Positions 1 to 10,739 of a DNA stretch of 64,000 nucleotides are shown here, one piece after another; within the stretch, counting starts at the first letter, position 1; every line of letters begins with the position of its first letter. The DNA is from Clostridia bacterium. Its GTDB lineage: Bacteria > Bacillota > Limnochordia > DTU080 > RSA5. Made by a program: the position numbers and the translations under genes. Below the pieces are notes generated by a model. The model worked only from the letters and a program-made list of their open reading frames with translations, ran no database searches and was not told the DNA's origin. The stretch lies in assembly GCA_002919235.1 (NCBI GenBank), contig PKEX01000001.1, positions 5,289 through 69,288 of the forward strand, written 5' to 3'.

Positions 1-1079
1 CGCCGCCCAGATCCCGCAGCTCCGGCACCTCCCCGGAGCACTTGGCCATGCGGTTCCCCTGCTGGGCGTAGGGGCAGCGGGGATGGAAGCGGCAGCCCGG
101 CGGCGGGTTGAGCGGCGACGGCACGTTGCCCTGGAGGATGATCCGCTCCCGGCGGTAGTCCGGGTCGGCGATGGGCACCGCCGAGAGCAGCGCTTCCGTA
201 TACGGGTGCTTGGGGCTGCGGTAGAGCGCCTCGCTGGACGCGAGTTCCACCACTTTGCCCAGGTACATCACGGCCACCCGGTCGCTGATGTGCTCCACCA
301 CCGAGAGGTCGTGTGCCACAAAGATATACGTCAAGCCGAACTGTTCCTGCAGGTCCGCCAGGAGGTTGAGCACCTGGCCCTGGATGGAGACGTCCAGCGC
401 CGAGACGGGCTCGTCGGCGATGATCAGCTTGGGCCGGAGCGCGAGGGCCCGGGCGATGCCGATCCTCTGCCGCTGCCCGCCGGAGAACTGGTGCGGGTAG
501 CGGTTGCGGTACTCGGGCCGCAGGCCCACCGCCTGCATCAGCTCGACGATGCGGTCGTCGATCTCCGCCTTGGACCCGATCCTGTGGATCTCAAAGGGTT
601 CCGCCAGGATGTCCCGCACGGTCATGCGGGGATTGAGCGACGAGTTGGGGTCCTGGAAAATCATCTGCACCTCGCGGCGGACCCGCTTCAGCTGCTCCTT
701 GTCCAGCTTGAACAGGTCCACCACGGCGCGCTCTTGGCCGCTTTCCTTATCGGCCAGCACTTCGCTGCGGAAGAGGGCTTCCCCGGCGGTGGGCTCGATG
801 AGCCGCAAGATTGTGCGGCCCACCGTGGTCTTGCCGCAGCCGCTTTCGCCCACCAGGCCCAGGGTCTCCCCTTCCCTCACGAAAAACGAGACGTCGTCGA
901 CAGCCTTCACGTCCGCCACTTTCCGCCGCAATAGCCCCCCGTACACCGGGAAGAACTTGCTGAGGTGCCGCACCTCCAGCAGCGCGCCGGGCCGCATCTC
1001 GAGCGCCTCCTCCGCCGCCGCAGCGGGCGTCCGTCCGCCCCCGGGCACTGCTCCGGAGCCGGCGGGCGTCGCCTTGGTG

Positions 1080-1087
<8 letters not shown>
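1..1087 (-). CDS. oppF: Oligopeptide/dipeptide ABC transporter ATP-binding protein (OppF/DppF-like), 3' portion. Gene runs off the window start.
   Basis: Reverse-strand translation from ATG (rc of cat at ~1085-1087) gives [10 protein letters not shown]...[12 protein letters not shown]...[26 protein letters not shown] (Walker A). Start overlaps the stop of the upstream oppD by ~8 nt. The ORF track omits it because no stop lies within the window. Confidence 0.85.
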
Positions 1088-2150
<1,063 letters not shown>

Positions 2151-2235
2151 GGCACGACCCCCCGCTTCCTCGTGGAGTCACGTTATGCTTTCCCGCAGCG
2201 TTCCGACTTCCCGCGGCCTTCCGCTGTCCGGCCCG

Positions 2236-3354
2236 TCATGTCTGCTTGTACGGGTCCGCAGCGTCCCTCAGGCCGTCCCCCAGGAAGTTGAACGCCAGCA
2301 CCACGACGATCACGAAGAACGCCGGAATCACCATCCACGGCGCCTGCGCCAGCACCCGCACGTTCTGGGCCTCGTTGAGCATCACGCCCCAGCTGGTCAT
2401 CGGGGGTTTGAGGCCCAGGCCCAGAAAGCCCAGGGCCGTCTCGCTCAAGATCATCCCGGGAATGGCCAGGGTCGCCTGGACGATCAGGTGGCTGGCGCAG
2501 TTGGGCAGGATGTGCCGGAAGATCACCCGGGCGTTGCTGGCGCCGAGGCTCCTGGCGGCCAGGATGAAGTCTCGCTCCCTGAGCGAGAGCGTCAGGCCCC
2601 GGATCTCCCGCCCGAGGCCGCCCCAGGAGATGATGGAGAGGATGATGGTGATGCCGAAGTAGACGGCGATGGGCGGCCACTGGGGCGGCACCGCCGCGGC
2701 CAGGGCCATCCACAGCGGCAGGCTGGGAAAGGCCATCATCAGCTCGGTTCCCCGCATCAGCACGTTGTCCACGGCTCCGCCGTAGTACCCTGCCACGGTC
2801 CCGAAGACGGAGCCGAAGAACAGCGTGAGAAAGACGCCCACCAGGCCCACCGAGAGCGAGACCCGGCCGCCGTAGAGGACCCGGGAGAACTGGTCCCGCC
2901 CCAGCCGGTCCGTGCCGAAAAGGTAGACGTGGCCTCCTTCGGCCGTGCCGAACAGGTGGACGTCCCACCAGAAGAGGTTCCACATCTTGTACGGCTCGCC
3001 CCGGACGATGAAGTAGATGGGGTACTTGACGCTGCGGTCCTCCACGAACCGGCGGGTAAACGTGGTGGGGTCGATCTCCCGCTTGTAGCCGTAGACGAAG
3101 GGCCTCAGGCTCCAGTTGCCTTCGTCGTCGACGAAGCGGGGGATCTGCGGCGGGGCGCCCAGGTAGATGCGGCTCTTGAACTCCGCGGGATACGGCGAGA
3201 AAAACTCCGCAAAGCCGAAGCACACGATGTAAAAGAACAAGACGATGGCGCCGCCTATCAGCGCCGGCTTGCTCCGCCGGAACCGGCGCCACACCAGGGT
3301 CCAATAGGTCTCCGGCGCCTCGGCGGGGCGCCGTGCGGGCTGCTCCGTGCTCAT
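2236..3354 (-). CDS. oppC: Oligopeptide ABC transporter permease (OppC/DppC-like)
   Basis: 372 aa, multi-TM, BPD_transp_1-like region (ARSLGASNARVIFRHILPN). Confidence 0.9.
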   Translation of the reverse strand: MSTEQPARRPAEAPETYWTLVWRRFRRSKPALIGGAIVLFFYIVCFGFAEFFSPYPAEFKSRIYLGAPPQIPRFVDDEGNWSLRPFVYGYKREIDPTTFTRRFVEDRSVKYPIYFIVRGEPYKMWNLFWWDVHLFGTAEGGHVYLFGTDRLGRDQFSRVLYGGRVSLSVGLVGVFLTLFFGSVFGTVAGYYGGAVDNVLMRGTELMMAFPSLPLWMALAAAVPPQWPPIAVYFGITIILSIISWGGLGREIRGLTLSLRERDFILAARSLGASNARVIFRHILPNCASHLIVQATLAIPGMILSETALGFLGLGLKPPMTSWGVMLNEAQNVRVLAQAPWMVIPAFFVIVVVLAFNFLGDGLRDAADPYKQT

Positions 3355-3403
3355 GGCCTCTCGTCACCTCGCTTTGCGTCCGCGAGCCTCGCGGGCTCGC
3401 CCC

Positions 3404-4387
3404 TCAGTCGTACCGGATCCTCGGGTCGACGATGCTCAGCAGGATGTCGGCCACCAGGTTCCCGATGACGAGAAACAGCGAAAGAAACAGGAGAATCGTC
3501 CCCGCGAGGTACATGTCCTGCACTTCCAGGGCGCGCAGCAAGAGGGGCCCGGTGGTCGGCAGGTTCAGGATGACGGCGGTGATGGCATCCCCCGAAAGGA
3601 TGGCCGGGAACGTGTATCCCAGCATGGTGATGAGGGGGTTGATGGCCACCCGGACCGTGTGCTTGTAGACCACCACCGACTCGGCCAGGCCCTTGGCGCG
3701 GGCGGTCTGCACGAACTGCTGTCCCAGCGTCTCCAGCATGGCGCTGCGCATCACCCGGATCAGGCCCGCGGTGCCCGCGGTCCCCAGGACGATGACCGGG
3801 ATCCAAAGGTGCTTCAAAAAGTCGACGAACTTGGCGAAGCTCCAGGACGCGTCCTGGAACTCCGGCGAGAACAGCCCGCCCACCGACCAGCCGAAGTGGA
3901 CCACGGAGAGGTACATCAGGATCAGCGCCAGCAAGAAGTTGGGCAGGGACATGCCGATGTACCCCAGGAACGAAAAGATCTGATCGCCGGCGGAGTACTG
4001 GTGCGTGGCGGAGTAGATCCCGATGGGGATGGCGATCAGCCACGTGAAGAGGAGAGTCGAAAGGGAAAGGAGCACGGTGAGCAGCAAGCGCTGGCCTATC
4101 AGCTGCGAGACGGGGCGGTCGTACTCGAAGGACAGGCCGAAATCGCCCTTGACGAAGTTGCTCACCCAGATCCAGTACTGCATGTAGAGCGGCTTGTCGA
4201 GGCCGTAGCGGCCCCGCCACTGCTCGATGATGCGCCGCGCCCCGGTGTCCCCCCGCGACTCCAGCTCCAGGATCTTCACCGTGAGGTAGTCGCCGGGCGG
4301 CAGGTTGATCACGATGAAGCTGATGATGGAGATGGCCAGGAGCAGAGGGACCATGTGAAGCAGGCGCCTCGCGATGAAGGCGGTCAT
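3404..4387 (-). CDS. oppB: Oligopeptide ABC transporter permease (OppB/DppB-like)
   Basis: 327 aa starting MTAFIARRLLHMVPLLL, 6 TM, typical OppB N-terminus and EAA-like loop (ARAKGLAESVVVYKH). Confidence 0.9.
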   Translation of the reverse strand: MTAFIARRLLHMVPLLLAISIISFIVINLPPGDYLTVKILELESRGDTGARRIIEQWRGRYGLDKPLYMQYWIWVSNFVKGDFGLSFEYDRPVSQLIGQRLLLTVLLSLSTLLFTWLIAIPIGIYSATHQYSAGDQIFSFLGYIGMSLPNFLLALILMYLSVVHFGWSVGGLFSPEFQDASWSFAKFVDFLKHLWIPVIVLGTAGTAGLIRVMRSAMLETLGQQFVQTARAKGLAESVVVYKHTVRVAINPLITMLGYTFPAILSGDAITAVILNLPTTGPLLLRALEVQDMYLAGTILLFLSLFLVIGNLVADILLSIVDPRIRYD

Positions 4388-4474
4388 GGCGTCACCTCCG
4401 GATAGGTGGCTCGCGTCCCGCGCAGGCCGGCCGGGGGGGAAGCGGGAAAGCCGCTTCCCCCCGCCGGCGCCGGC

Positions 4475-6376
4475 TCACTGCTTAAAGAAGTACTGCTCCG
4501 GATTGGTGTTTCCGGGACCGCCCACGGCCCACGGGCCGAGGATGCCGAAGTTCGGCACGTTCCGCATGTTGTTCTTGACGATGACGGGTTCGGGCAGCCC
4601 GCCTACCACGCCGATGACGTACGGCCCCTCTTCCATCAGAATGCGAACCGCCTCGTGCACGTAGGCGTGGCGCTTCTCGATGTCAGGCTCCTGCAGTCCC
4701 TGCACGTACAGGTTGTAGAGCCGCTGGACCACTTCGGTGGGCGGCTCGCCCTGGGCGCCGCCGCTGGAGAGGTAGCGGGCCTGGAGCGGCCACTGCCGCA
4801 CCTCGTTGCCCGTGGGGAAGACCCAGTCGGGGAAGGTCCAGACGTCCATCTCCGCCACGTGGACCGGGCGCACCATGTAGAGGCCGTTGCGGAAGCGCTG
4901 GTCGATCTCGGTCACCGGGGCGTTGTTCAGGATCACCCGGATGCCCACGGCCTCCCAGTACTCCTTGGCCAGCGCGGCCGCCTCGGCGGTGATGTCGGCG
5001 CCGCCCCAGTCGCCCACGTCGATGATGAGCTCAAACACCTGGCCGTTGTCGGCCCGCAGGCGCCAGCCCTGGGAGTTGCGCCGGTTCAGCCCCGCCGCGT
5101 CCAGGAGCTGGTTGGCCAGGTCCGGATCGTACTGGGCGTACCAGTTCTTCCATTCCTCGAACAGCTGGCGGCCTTCGGGAGAGGCGAAGTGCCAGGAGTC
5201 CTCCGAGATGGTGGCCTGCTGGGGCGTGCCGAAGCCGAACCAGATGGCCTCGTTCATCACTTCCCGGTCCAGCGCCACCGAGAGGGCCCGGCGGAAGTTC
5301 TTGTCCCGCAGCAGGTTCCGGATGTAATCGTCGCCCACGTAGTCCTGGTTGACGACGAACCCGGGCCAGGCGCCGGCGCCGTTGATCCACCCGTTCAAAT
5401 GGCGGTAGTTGCCGCGCTCGGCGTTCTGCAGCAGCGCCGGGAGATCCCGGGCGTTGCCCGCGCCGCGGAAGATGGCGTCCACCTCGCCGGCCATGATCCG
5501 CAGGACGCGGACCTCCTTGTCGGTGACCAGCTCAGAGACGATGCGGTCGATGTAGGGCAGCTGGTTGCCGGCGGTGTCCACCTTCCAGTAGTAGGGGTTG
5601 CGCTCCAGGACGATGCGCTGGTTGGGCACGTACTCCACGGGCCTCCAGGCGAAGAGCACCGGGTGATCAGGGTTCTCCCACCAGCGGCGGGCCTGGTCCA
5701 TCTCGATGGGCCAGTCGGTGTCCGGGTTGTACTTGGGATGGAACTGCTCGAGGTAGTGGCGGGGCGCCATCATGGGCTCCCAGTTCCAAAAGCCCGAAGC
5801 CAGGACATACGGGACGTTCCAGTTGGGAGCCGGGAAGTTGAACCGGATGGTGTACTTGTCGATGAAGTCGACGGTCATCAGCTCGCCGTCGACGAAGCCC
5901 CACCAGGGCGGCGGGACGGCGCCGTACGACGGATCGTTGGCCAGATCCTCCCACCAAAAGCGCAGGTCCTCGGTGGTGAACTCCACGCCGTCGGACCACT
6001 TGAGACCCCGCCGCAGGTAGAAGGTGACGCTCCGGCCGTCCTCGGAGAACTCCCACGCCCGGAAGACGCCGGGGATGTACTCCGTGTAGTCCCGGTTCCA
6101 GCGGACCCCGGGGTCGTACAAGATCATTTTGAGAACGCCGGGGTCAGGGTTGTCGTGGAGCGTCCGCCACGTCCCCCCGTACTGCCCGATCTCCTCGACG
6201 GGCTCGATCACGACGATGTCCTCGGGGATGGGCAGCCGCTCTTCCACGGGAGGCAGCAGGCCCTGCTCGACCAAGGCCCGCAGCATGGGCGCCTCGTTGT
6301 ACTGGGCCGAGGCGAGAGACGGGACCATGAGGAAAAGCGCCACGAAGGCTGCAGCCATCAGACGCCTCGTTCGCAT
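4475..6376 (-). CDS. oppA: ABC transporter substrate-binding protein, family 5 (OppA-like)
   Basis: ORF 4475..6541. The internal start MRTRRLMAAAFVALFLMVPSLASA (signal peptide) is preceded by AAGGAGGA 10 nt upstream, so the start is set at ~6376. SBP_bac_5-like body (WSDGVEFTTEDL...). Confidence 0.85.
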   Translation of the reverse strand: MRTRRLMAAAFVALFLMVPSLASAQYNEAPMLRALVEQGLLPPVEERLPIPEDIVVIEPVEEIGQYGGTWRTLHDNPDPGVLKMILYDPGVRWNRDYTEYIPGVFRAWEFSEDGRSVTFYLRRGLKWSDGVEFTTEDLRFWWEDLANDPSYGAVPPPWWGFVDGELMTVDFIDKYTIRFNFPAPNWNVPYVLASGFWNWEPMMAPRHYLEQFHPKYNPDTDWPIEMDQARRWWENPDHPVLFAWRPVEYVPNQRIVLERNPYYWKVDTAGNQLPYIDRIVSELVTDKEVRVLRIMAGEVDAIFRGAGNARDLPALLQNAERGNYRHLNGWINGAGAWPGFVVNQDYVGDDYIRNLLRDKNFRRALSVALDREVMNEAIWFGFGTPQQATISEDSWHFASPEGRQLFEEWKNWYAQYDPDLANQLLDAAGLNRRNSQGWRLRADNGQVFELIIDVGDWGGADITAEAAALAKEYWEAVGIRVILNNAPVTEIDQRFRNGLYMVRPVHVAEMDVWTFPDWVFPTGNEVRQWPLQARYLSSGGAQGEPPTEVVQRLYNLYVQGLQEPDIEKRHAYVHEAVRILMEEGPYVIGVVGGLPEPVIVKNNMRNVPNFGILGPWAVGGPGNTNPEQYFFKQ

Positions 6377-6542
6377 GCGCACGGAATCCTCCTTTTTCGC
6401 TCGAAGATCCCACAGGCAGCACGTCGTCGCAAGACTCCTTCTTTTCCCATGAGCACGAGGATTGTGGAAACGCCCGGCAAACGCGGCCGGCGCTCGCGTC
6501 TCACCTCCCCCCACGTCGCGTCCAAGCTGAGCCGTGTCCAAG

Positions 6543-7595
6543 CTACCCGGCGGCGCTCGCCCCGCCGTCGCGGACGGGGGCCACCGTCGCTCGCCGGACC
6601 AGCTTGGGCTCCAGCAAAATCCTCCCCTTGCCCTTCCACGAGCCGCCCTCTCGCAGCGCCTCGATGACCGTGTCGGCCACCGCCTTGCCCAGGAGATGCC
6701 GGGGCTGGTGGACCGTGGTCAGCGGGGGCTGCGCTTCGGCGGCCTCCCGGATGTCGTCAAAGCCGATGATCGACACGTCGTCGGGCACCCGCAGCCCGTG
6801 CGCCCGGACGGCGTCCATGGCGCCCAGCGCCATCAGGTCGGAGGCACAGAACACGGCGGTGGGCCGCGGGTCCAGCGCCAGGAGCCGCTCCATGCTGCGC
6901 TTGCCGCTGGCCCGGCTGAAATCGCCCTCGACGATCCACTCGTCCCGCACGGGACAGCCCGCCTCCGCCATCGCCTTCATGTACCCCTCGCGCCGCTCGT
7001 GGCTGACCGGAGCGTGCCAGTGCCCGCTGATATAGGCGATGCGGCGGTGCCCCATCTCGATCAGGTGGGAGACGGCGGCGTAGGCGCCCATCACCTGATC
7101 GCAGCCTACGCAAACGGCGTTCTCCACGTCGATCGGCACGTCCACCGTGACCAGCGGAATCCCGATGGTGCGAAGCTCCGCGAACCGGTGGTCGTCCGTC
7201 CTGAGGCCCAGGAAAATCGCGGCGTCGATCTGCCTTTGAACCGCCAGCGCCACGTAGGAGTCGGCCTTTTCGATGCGCGAGCGGCTGAACCACAGGACGT
7301 CGTAGCCCGTCTCCCCAAACCGCTCGAGGATGGCGTCGACCAGCTCCGCCGCGAAGGGGTCGGACATGATCGAGTAGCTCTGGGTAAAGCTGACCGAAAA
7401 CAGCCCCACGGTCCCGCTCCGCTGCGTCACCAGTCCCCGGGCGATGGAGTTGGGATAATAGTTTAGGCGCCTCGCTGCCTCCAGGACCCTGGCCCGGGTC
7501 GCCTCGCTCACGTCCTTGTGCCCGTTGAGCGCCCGCGAGACGGCCGTGACCGAAAGGCCCACCTCGCGCGCGATGTCCTTCAGCGTGACCCGCAC
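6543..7595 (-). CDS. LacI-family transcriptional regulator
   Basis: N-terminal HTH VTLKDIAREVGLSVTAVSRALNG followed by a periplasmic-binding-protein-like sugar-binding domain. Start placed at the GTG giving VRVTLKDIA rather than the upstream ATG of the ORF track. Confidence 0.8.
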   Translation of the reverse strand: MRVTLKDIAREVGLSVTAVSRALNGHKDVSEATRARVLEAARRLNYYPNSIARGLVTQRSGTVGLFSVSFTQSYSIMSDPFAAELVDAILERFGETGYDVLWFSRSRIEKADSYVALAVQRQIDAAIFLGLRTDDHRFAELRTIGIPLVTVDVPIDVENAVCVGCDQVMGAYAAVSHLIEMGHRRIAYISGHWHAPVSHERREGYMKAMAEAGCPVRDEWIVEGDFSRASGKRSMERLLALDPRPTAVFCASDLMALGAMDAVRAHGLRVPDDVSIIGFDDIREAAEAQPPLTTVHQPRHLLGKAVADTVIEALREGGSWKGKGRILLEPKLVRRATVAPVRDGGASAAG

Positions 7596-7618
7596 CGTAC
7601 TTCCATCCTGCCTTTGCC

Positions 7619-7634
7619 AACTTAAACGTTTAAG
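7619..7634. promoter_or_regulatory. Perfect 16-bp palindrome ACTTAAACGTTTAAGT, putative LacI-family operator
   Basis: Perfect inverted repeat centred on CG, 24-40 nt upstream of the LacI-family gene start, in the divergent intergenic region shared with the 7823 gene. Confidence 0.5.
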
Positions 7635-7822
7635 TAACGTCACCGCGTTTTTTCCCGCCGCCTGGAACAAATTCCTGCTGCCGCGAAAAGTTCCATCTGT
7701 CACAAATGTGGCTCTAGCCGCGCAAATGCCGGCGGGAAGGGCATAGAGGAGTTAGCTGGACGTGCGCCCAATTGGACGTTGAAGAGCCATCGGGCGTGAC
7801 CTGAGCCGTAGGAGGAAGACCC

Positions 7823-8095
7823 ATGACGCTGCCCGCCCACACCCGAAAAGTGGCCGCGCTGCTGATGGAGATGGCCCGCACCCAGGGAAAGCCGACGCCC
7901 CGGGGCGTCGCGGTGCAGCTCGACGTGACCCGGCAGGATGTGGCCAGCCTTCTCGGCCTCTCCCGCATCGAGGCGACCCTGGCCGTCAACGCGCTCAAGC
8001 TGGCCGGGGCGCTGGCTTTCGAGGGCTCTACCCTGCTGCTCAATCCCGGCGTCCTCCAGCGGTTCGCGGAAGGCGAGGCGCAGGAAGCGCGCTGA
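7823..8095 (+). CDS. Stand-alone Crp/Fnr-type HTH domain protein (90 aa)
   Basis: Strong RBS TAGGAGGAAG 5 nt upstream of ATG. VQLDVTRQDVASLLGLSRIEATLAVNALKLAGAL matches the C-terminal HTH_Crp_2 DNA-binding domain. No cNMP-binding domain is present. Confidence 0.5.
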   Translation: MTLPAHTRKVAALLMEMARTQGKPTPRGVAVQLDVTRQDVASLLGLSRIEATLAVNALKLAGALAFEGSTLLLNPGVLQRFAEGEAQEAR

Positions 8096-8167
8096 ACCCG
8101 GCGCGCCGTATCAAGCGGCGGGACCGGCCGCATACTAGAGGCACCTTTTCCCCTACGAGGTGCCCCG

Positions 8168-9202
8168 GTGGCGACGCAGACCCTCATTCCCCGCAACCCG
8201 CCGCTCCTTTCGCCCGTGCTTAACCGGATGGAGCAGGCCGTCTCCCCCGCGCGCGGCACGGTCCGCCGGGCCGCCTCCCACCTCTTGGCGTCTCCCGGAA
8301 AGCTTCTCCGGCCCACGCTGGTGCTGCTGGCCGCGCAGGCGGCCGCCGAAACCCGGGGCTTCCAAGACGGCGCTGCGAGCCTGAGGGCGCCGGGCGACGC
8401 GGGCCTTTCGCCCGGCCTGCCGGAAGCCGTCTACGACTTCGCCGCCGCCGTCGAGCTGGTCCACGTCGCCTCGCTCATCCACGACGACGTCATCGACGGC
8501 GCCGCCACCCGCCGCTCGCTTCCTTCCGTCAACGCGGGCTTCGGCAACCACACCGCGGTCCTGGCCGGCGACTACCTCTTCGCCGCGGCGTTCCGGCTCC
8601 TTGCGCCCCACGCCGCCCGGGGCGCCGTCACCCTGATGACGGACGCCATCAGCCGCATGTGCCACGGGGAGGTCATGCAGGAGGAGAGCCTGTTCGATCC
8701 GGGTCTTTCGGAGGAAGCCTACCTGGAGCGCGTGCGGGCGAAGACGGCGTCGCTGCTGGCGGCGGCCTGTGAGGGAGGGGCCCGGCTGGCGGGCGCGGGC
8801 GAAGAGCTGTGCCGGGCGTTTCGCGCTTTCGGCGAGAGCCTGGGCCTGGCGTTTCAAATCGCCGACGACATCCTCGACCTGGAGGAGACGCCCCAGCAGC
8901 TGGGAAAGCCCGCCTGCGCCGACCTGCGCCAGGGCGTCATCACCCTTCCCGTCATCCGCCTGCTGGCGCATCCCGAGTGGTCTGCGCGGCTCGCCCCGCG
9001 CATCCGGGCCCGCTGCATCGATGACGAGCTCATCGCCCACGTCCAGGAGGGACTGAAGCGCACCGGCGCCCTGGAGTCGGCACGGGAGGAAGGGTTCGCC
9101 CGGGCGCGGAAAGCCGCGGCCCGGCTGGAACCCGTCGCGTGGACCCGCGGCGGCGCGGCGCTGCTCGAGCTCAGCCGCGGCGTCATGCTCCGCCGGCGCT
9201 GA
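8168..9202 (+). CDS. hepT: Polyprenyl diphosphate synthase (heptaprenyl diphosphate synthase component II-like)
   Basis: 344 aa with both aspartate-rich motifs (LIHDDVIDG and QIADDILDL). GTG start. Confidence 0.85.
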   Translation: MATQTLIPRNPPLLSPVLNRMEQAVSPARGTVRRAASHLLASPGKLLRPTLVLLAAQAAAETRGFQDGAASLRAPGDAGLSPGLPEAVYDFAAAVELVHVASLIHDDVIDGAATRRSLPSVNAGFGNHTAVLAGDYLFAAAFRLLAPHAARGAVTLMTDAISRMCHGEVMQEESLFDPGLSEEAYLERVRAKTASLLAAACEGGARLAGAGEELCRAFRAFGESLGLAFQIADDILDLEETPQQLGKPACADLRQGVITLPVIRLLAHPEWSARLAPRIRARCIDDELIAHVQEGLKRTGALESAREEGFARARKAAARLEPVAWTRGGAALLELSRGVMLRRR

Positions 9203-9221
9203 ACTGCGATCTTTGCCGTCG

Positions 9222-10739
9222 CTAGGGACGGGCCCAGGGAGGCTTTTCGGCCGGAACGGCTTTGGGGGCGGGCAGCGAAAACCCGACGCGCGCCCCGCCC
9301 AGCGGCCCGCGGGCCTCGGCCCACACCCGTCCCCCTTGCGCTTCCACCAGGCTGCGCACGATGGCGAGGCCCAAGCCCGCCCCGCCCAGCTCGCGGCTCT
9401 GGGAACGGTCGCCCCGGTAAAACCGTTCCCAGACCCGGCCGGGATCCCCTTCGAGGCCGGGGCCGGTGTCGTCGACTGCCACGTGCAGCCAGGCGGGCTC
9501 CGCCGGGACTCGGCCGCGAGAAGGCGACGGCACCCGGGCCGGCCCCGGCGCCGGCTGGTCCCCGGAGCCTTTCTCGACGGACAGCCGCACGGTCCCGCCC
9601 GGCGGCGTATAGCGGACGGCGTTGTCCAGCAGGTTCAGGAGGATCTGCTCCAGCCGGTCGGGGTCGGCCACCACCGCCGCTCCCGGCGGAATGCGGGCCT
9701 CCAGCGCAATGCCCTTCTCGTCCGCTTTGGGCCTTGCCCGCTCCAGCACCTTCCGGGCCGCGTCGCCCACGTCCACCTCTGCCAGGTGCAGCGAAAGGCC
9801 GCCCTCTTCCGCCTGGGCCAGCACGAAGAGGTCCTCCACCAGGCGTCCCAGCCGGCGGGCTTCGTCCGAGAGGATCCGGCCCACCTCCTTCACCTGGTCC
9901 GGCGAGGCGGCCAGCCCTTCCGCCAGGGCGTCGGCGTAGCCCCGCAGGTAGCTCAAGGGCGTGCGGAGCTCGTGCGAGATGTTGGCGAAGAAGCGGCGGC
10001 GGCTGGTCTCCAGGTCGTGCAGGGAGGCCCCCAGCCGGTTCACCGCTTCGGCCAGCTCCCCCAGCTCGTCGGCGCCCGGCGCCTCCACCCGGACGGTGTA
10101 GTCGCCCCGGGCCAGATGGTCCGCGGCCGTCTTCATGGCGATCAGGGGCCGGACCAGTCGCCGGGAAAGGAGCCAGCCGAAGGCCGCAAGCAGGAGAAAG
10201 AGCGCCGCGGCCGCCGCGGCCAAAAGCCCCCGCACCCGGGCGGCCGCCTGCCGGACACCCGCGGCGGGACGGAAGAGGACCACGGCCCCCGTGACCTGGT
10301 CGCCGGAGCGGACCGGCACCGCAGCGACGACGAGGCTTCCCAGGCTGTCGTCCGCGGCCAGGAAGACGCTGGGCTCGCCTCCCAGGGCGCTGAGGATGCG
10401 GGGATTCTGCGGCCGGCGTCCCACTTCCGCGGCCAGGTCGCTGGAGGCCGCCACCGCCGCGCCGCTCCCGTCCAGCACCAGCAGGGGCGTGGCCGTGATC
10501 TCGGCCAGGGCCCGCACCGCTTCCCCTGCCCCTTGGGCCGGCGCCCGGGCCACGAAATCGGCGAAGCGCTGCCCCAGGGCGAGGAGCTCGGCCGCGTTTT
10601 GCTGGTAGTAAAAGGCCGTGGCCGCCCGGTCGACGGCAAAGCCCACCGGGAGCAGCACGGCCACGACCATGGCCACCACCGAGAGCCAAAGCTTGTGCGT
10701 CACCCCGAGGCGAAGCCGCGGCCGCCGGCGCACGGTCAC
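9222..10739 (-). CDS. Sensor histidine kinase (two TM, periplasmic sensor, HAMP, HisKA, HATPase_c)
   Basis: 505 aa. H-box FFANISHELRTPL, N-box LLNLLDNAVRYTPPGG, G-boxes DTGPGL and GGAGLGLAIV. Overlaps the upstream response regulator by 4 nt. Confidence 0.9.
   Translation of the reverse strand: MTVRRRPRLRLGVTHKLWLSVVAMVVAVLLPVGFAVDRAATAFYYQQNAAELLALGQRFADFVARAPAQGAGEAVRALAEITATPLLVLDGSGAAVAASSDLAAEVGRRPQNPRILSALGGEPSVFLAADDSLGSLVVAAVPVRSGDQVTGAVVLFRPAAGVRQAAARVRGLLAAAAAALFLLLAAFGWLLSRRLVRPLIAMKTAADHLARGDYTVRVEAPGADELGELAEAVNRLGASLHDLETSRRRFFANISHELRTPLSYLRGYADALAEGLAASPDQVKEVGRILSDEARRLGRLVEDLFVLAQAEEGGLSLHLAEVDVGDAARKVLERARPKADEKGIALEARIPPGAAVVADPDRLEQILLNLLDNAVRYTPPGGTVRLSVEKGSGDQPAPGPARVPSPSRGRVPAEPAWLHVAVDDTGPGLEGDPGRVWERFYRGDRSQSRELGGAGLGLAIVRSLVEAQGGRVWAEARGPLGGARVGFSLPAPKAVPAEKPPWARP

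Noticed and set aside
7635-7652. AACG-tcaccg-CGTT followed by TTTTTT, possible terminator
   Set aside because: Only a 4-bp stem. It lies in a divergent promoter region, so is more likely part of promoter/operator sequence.
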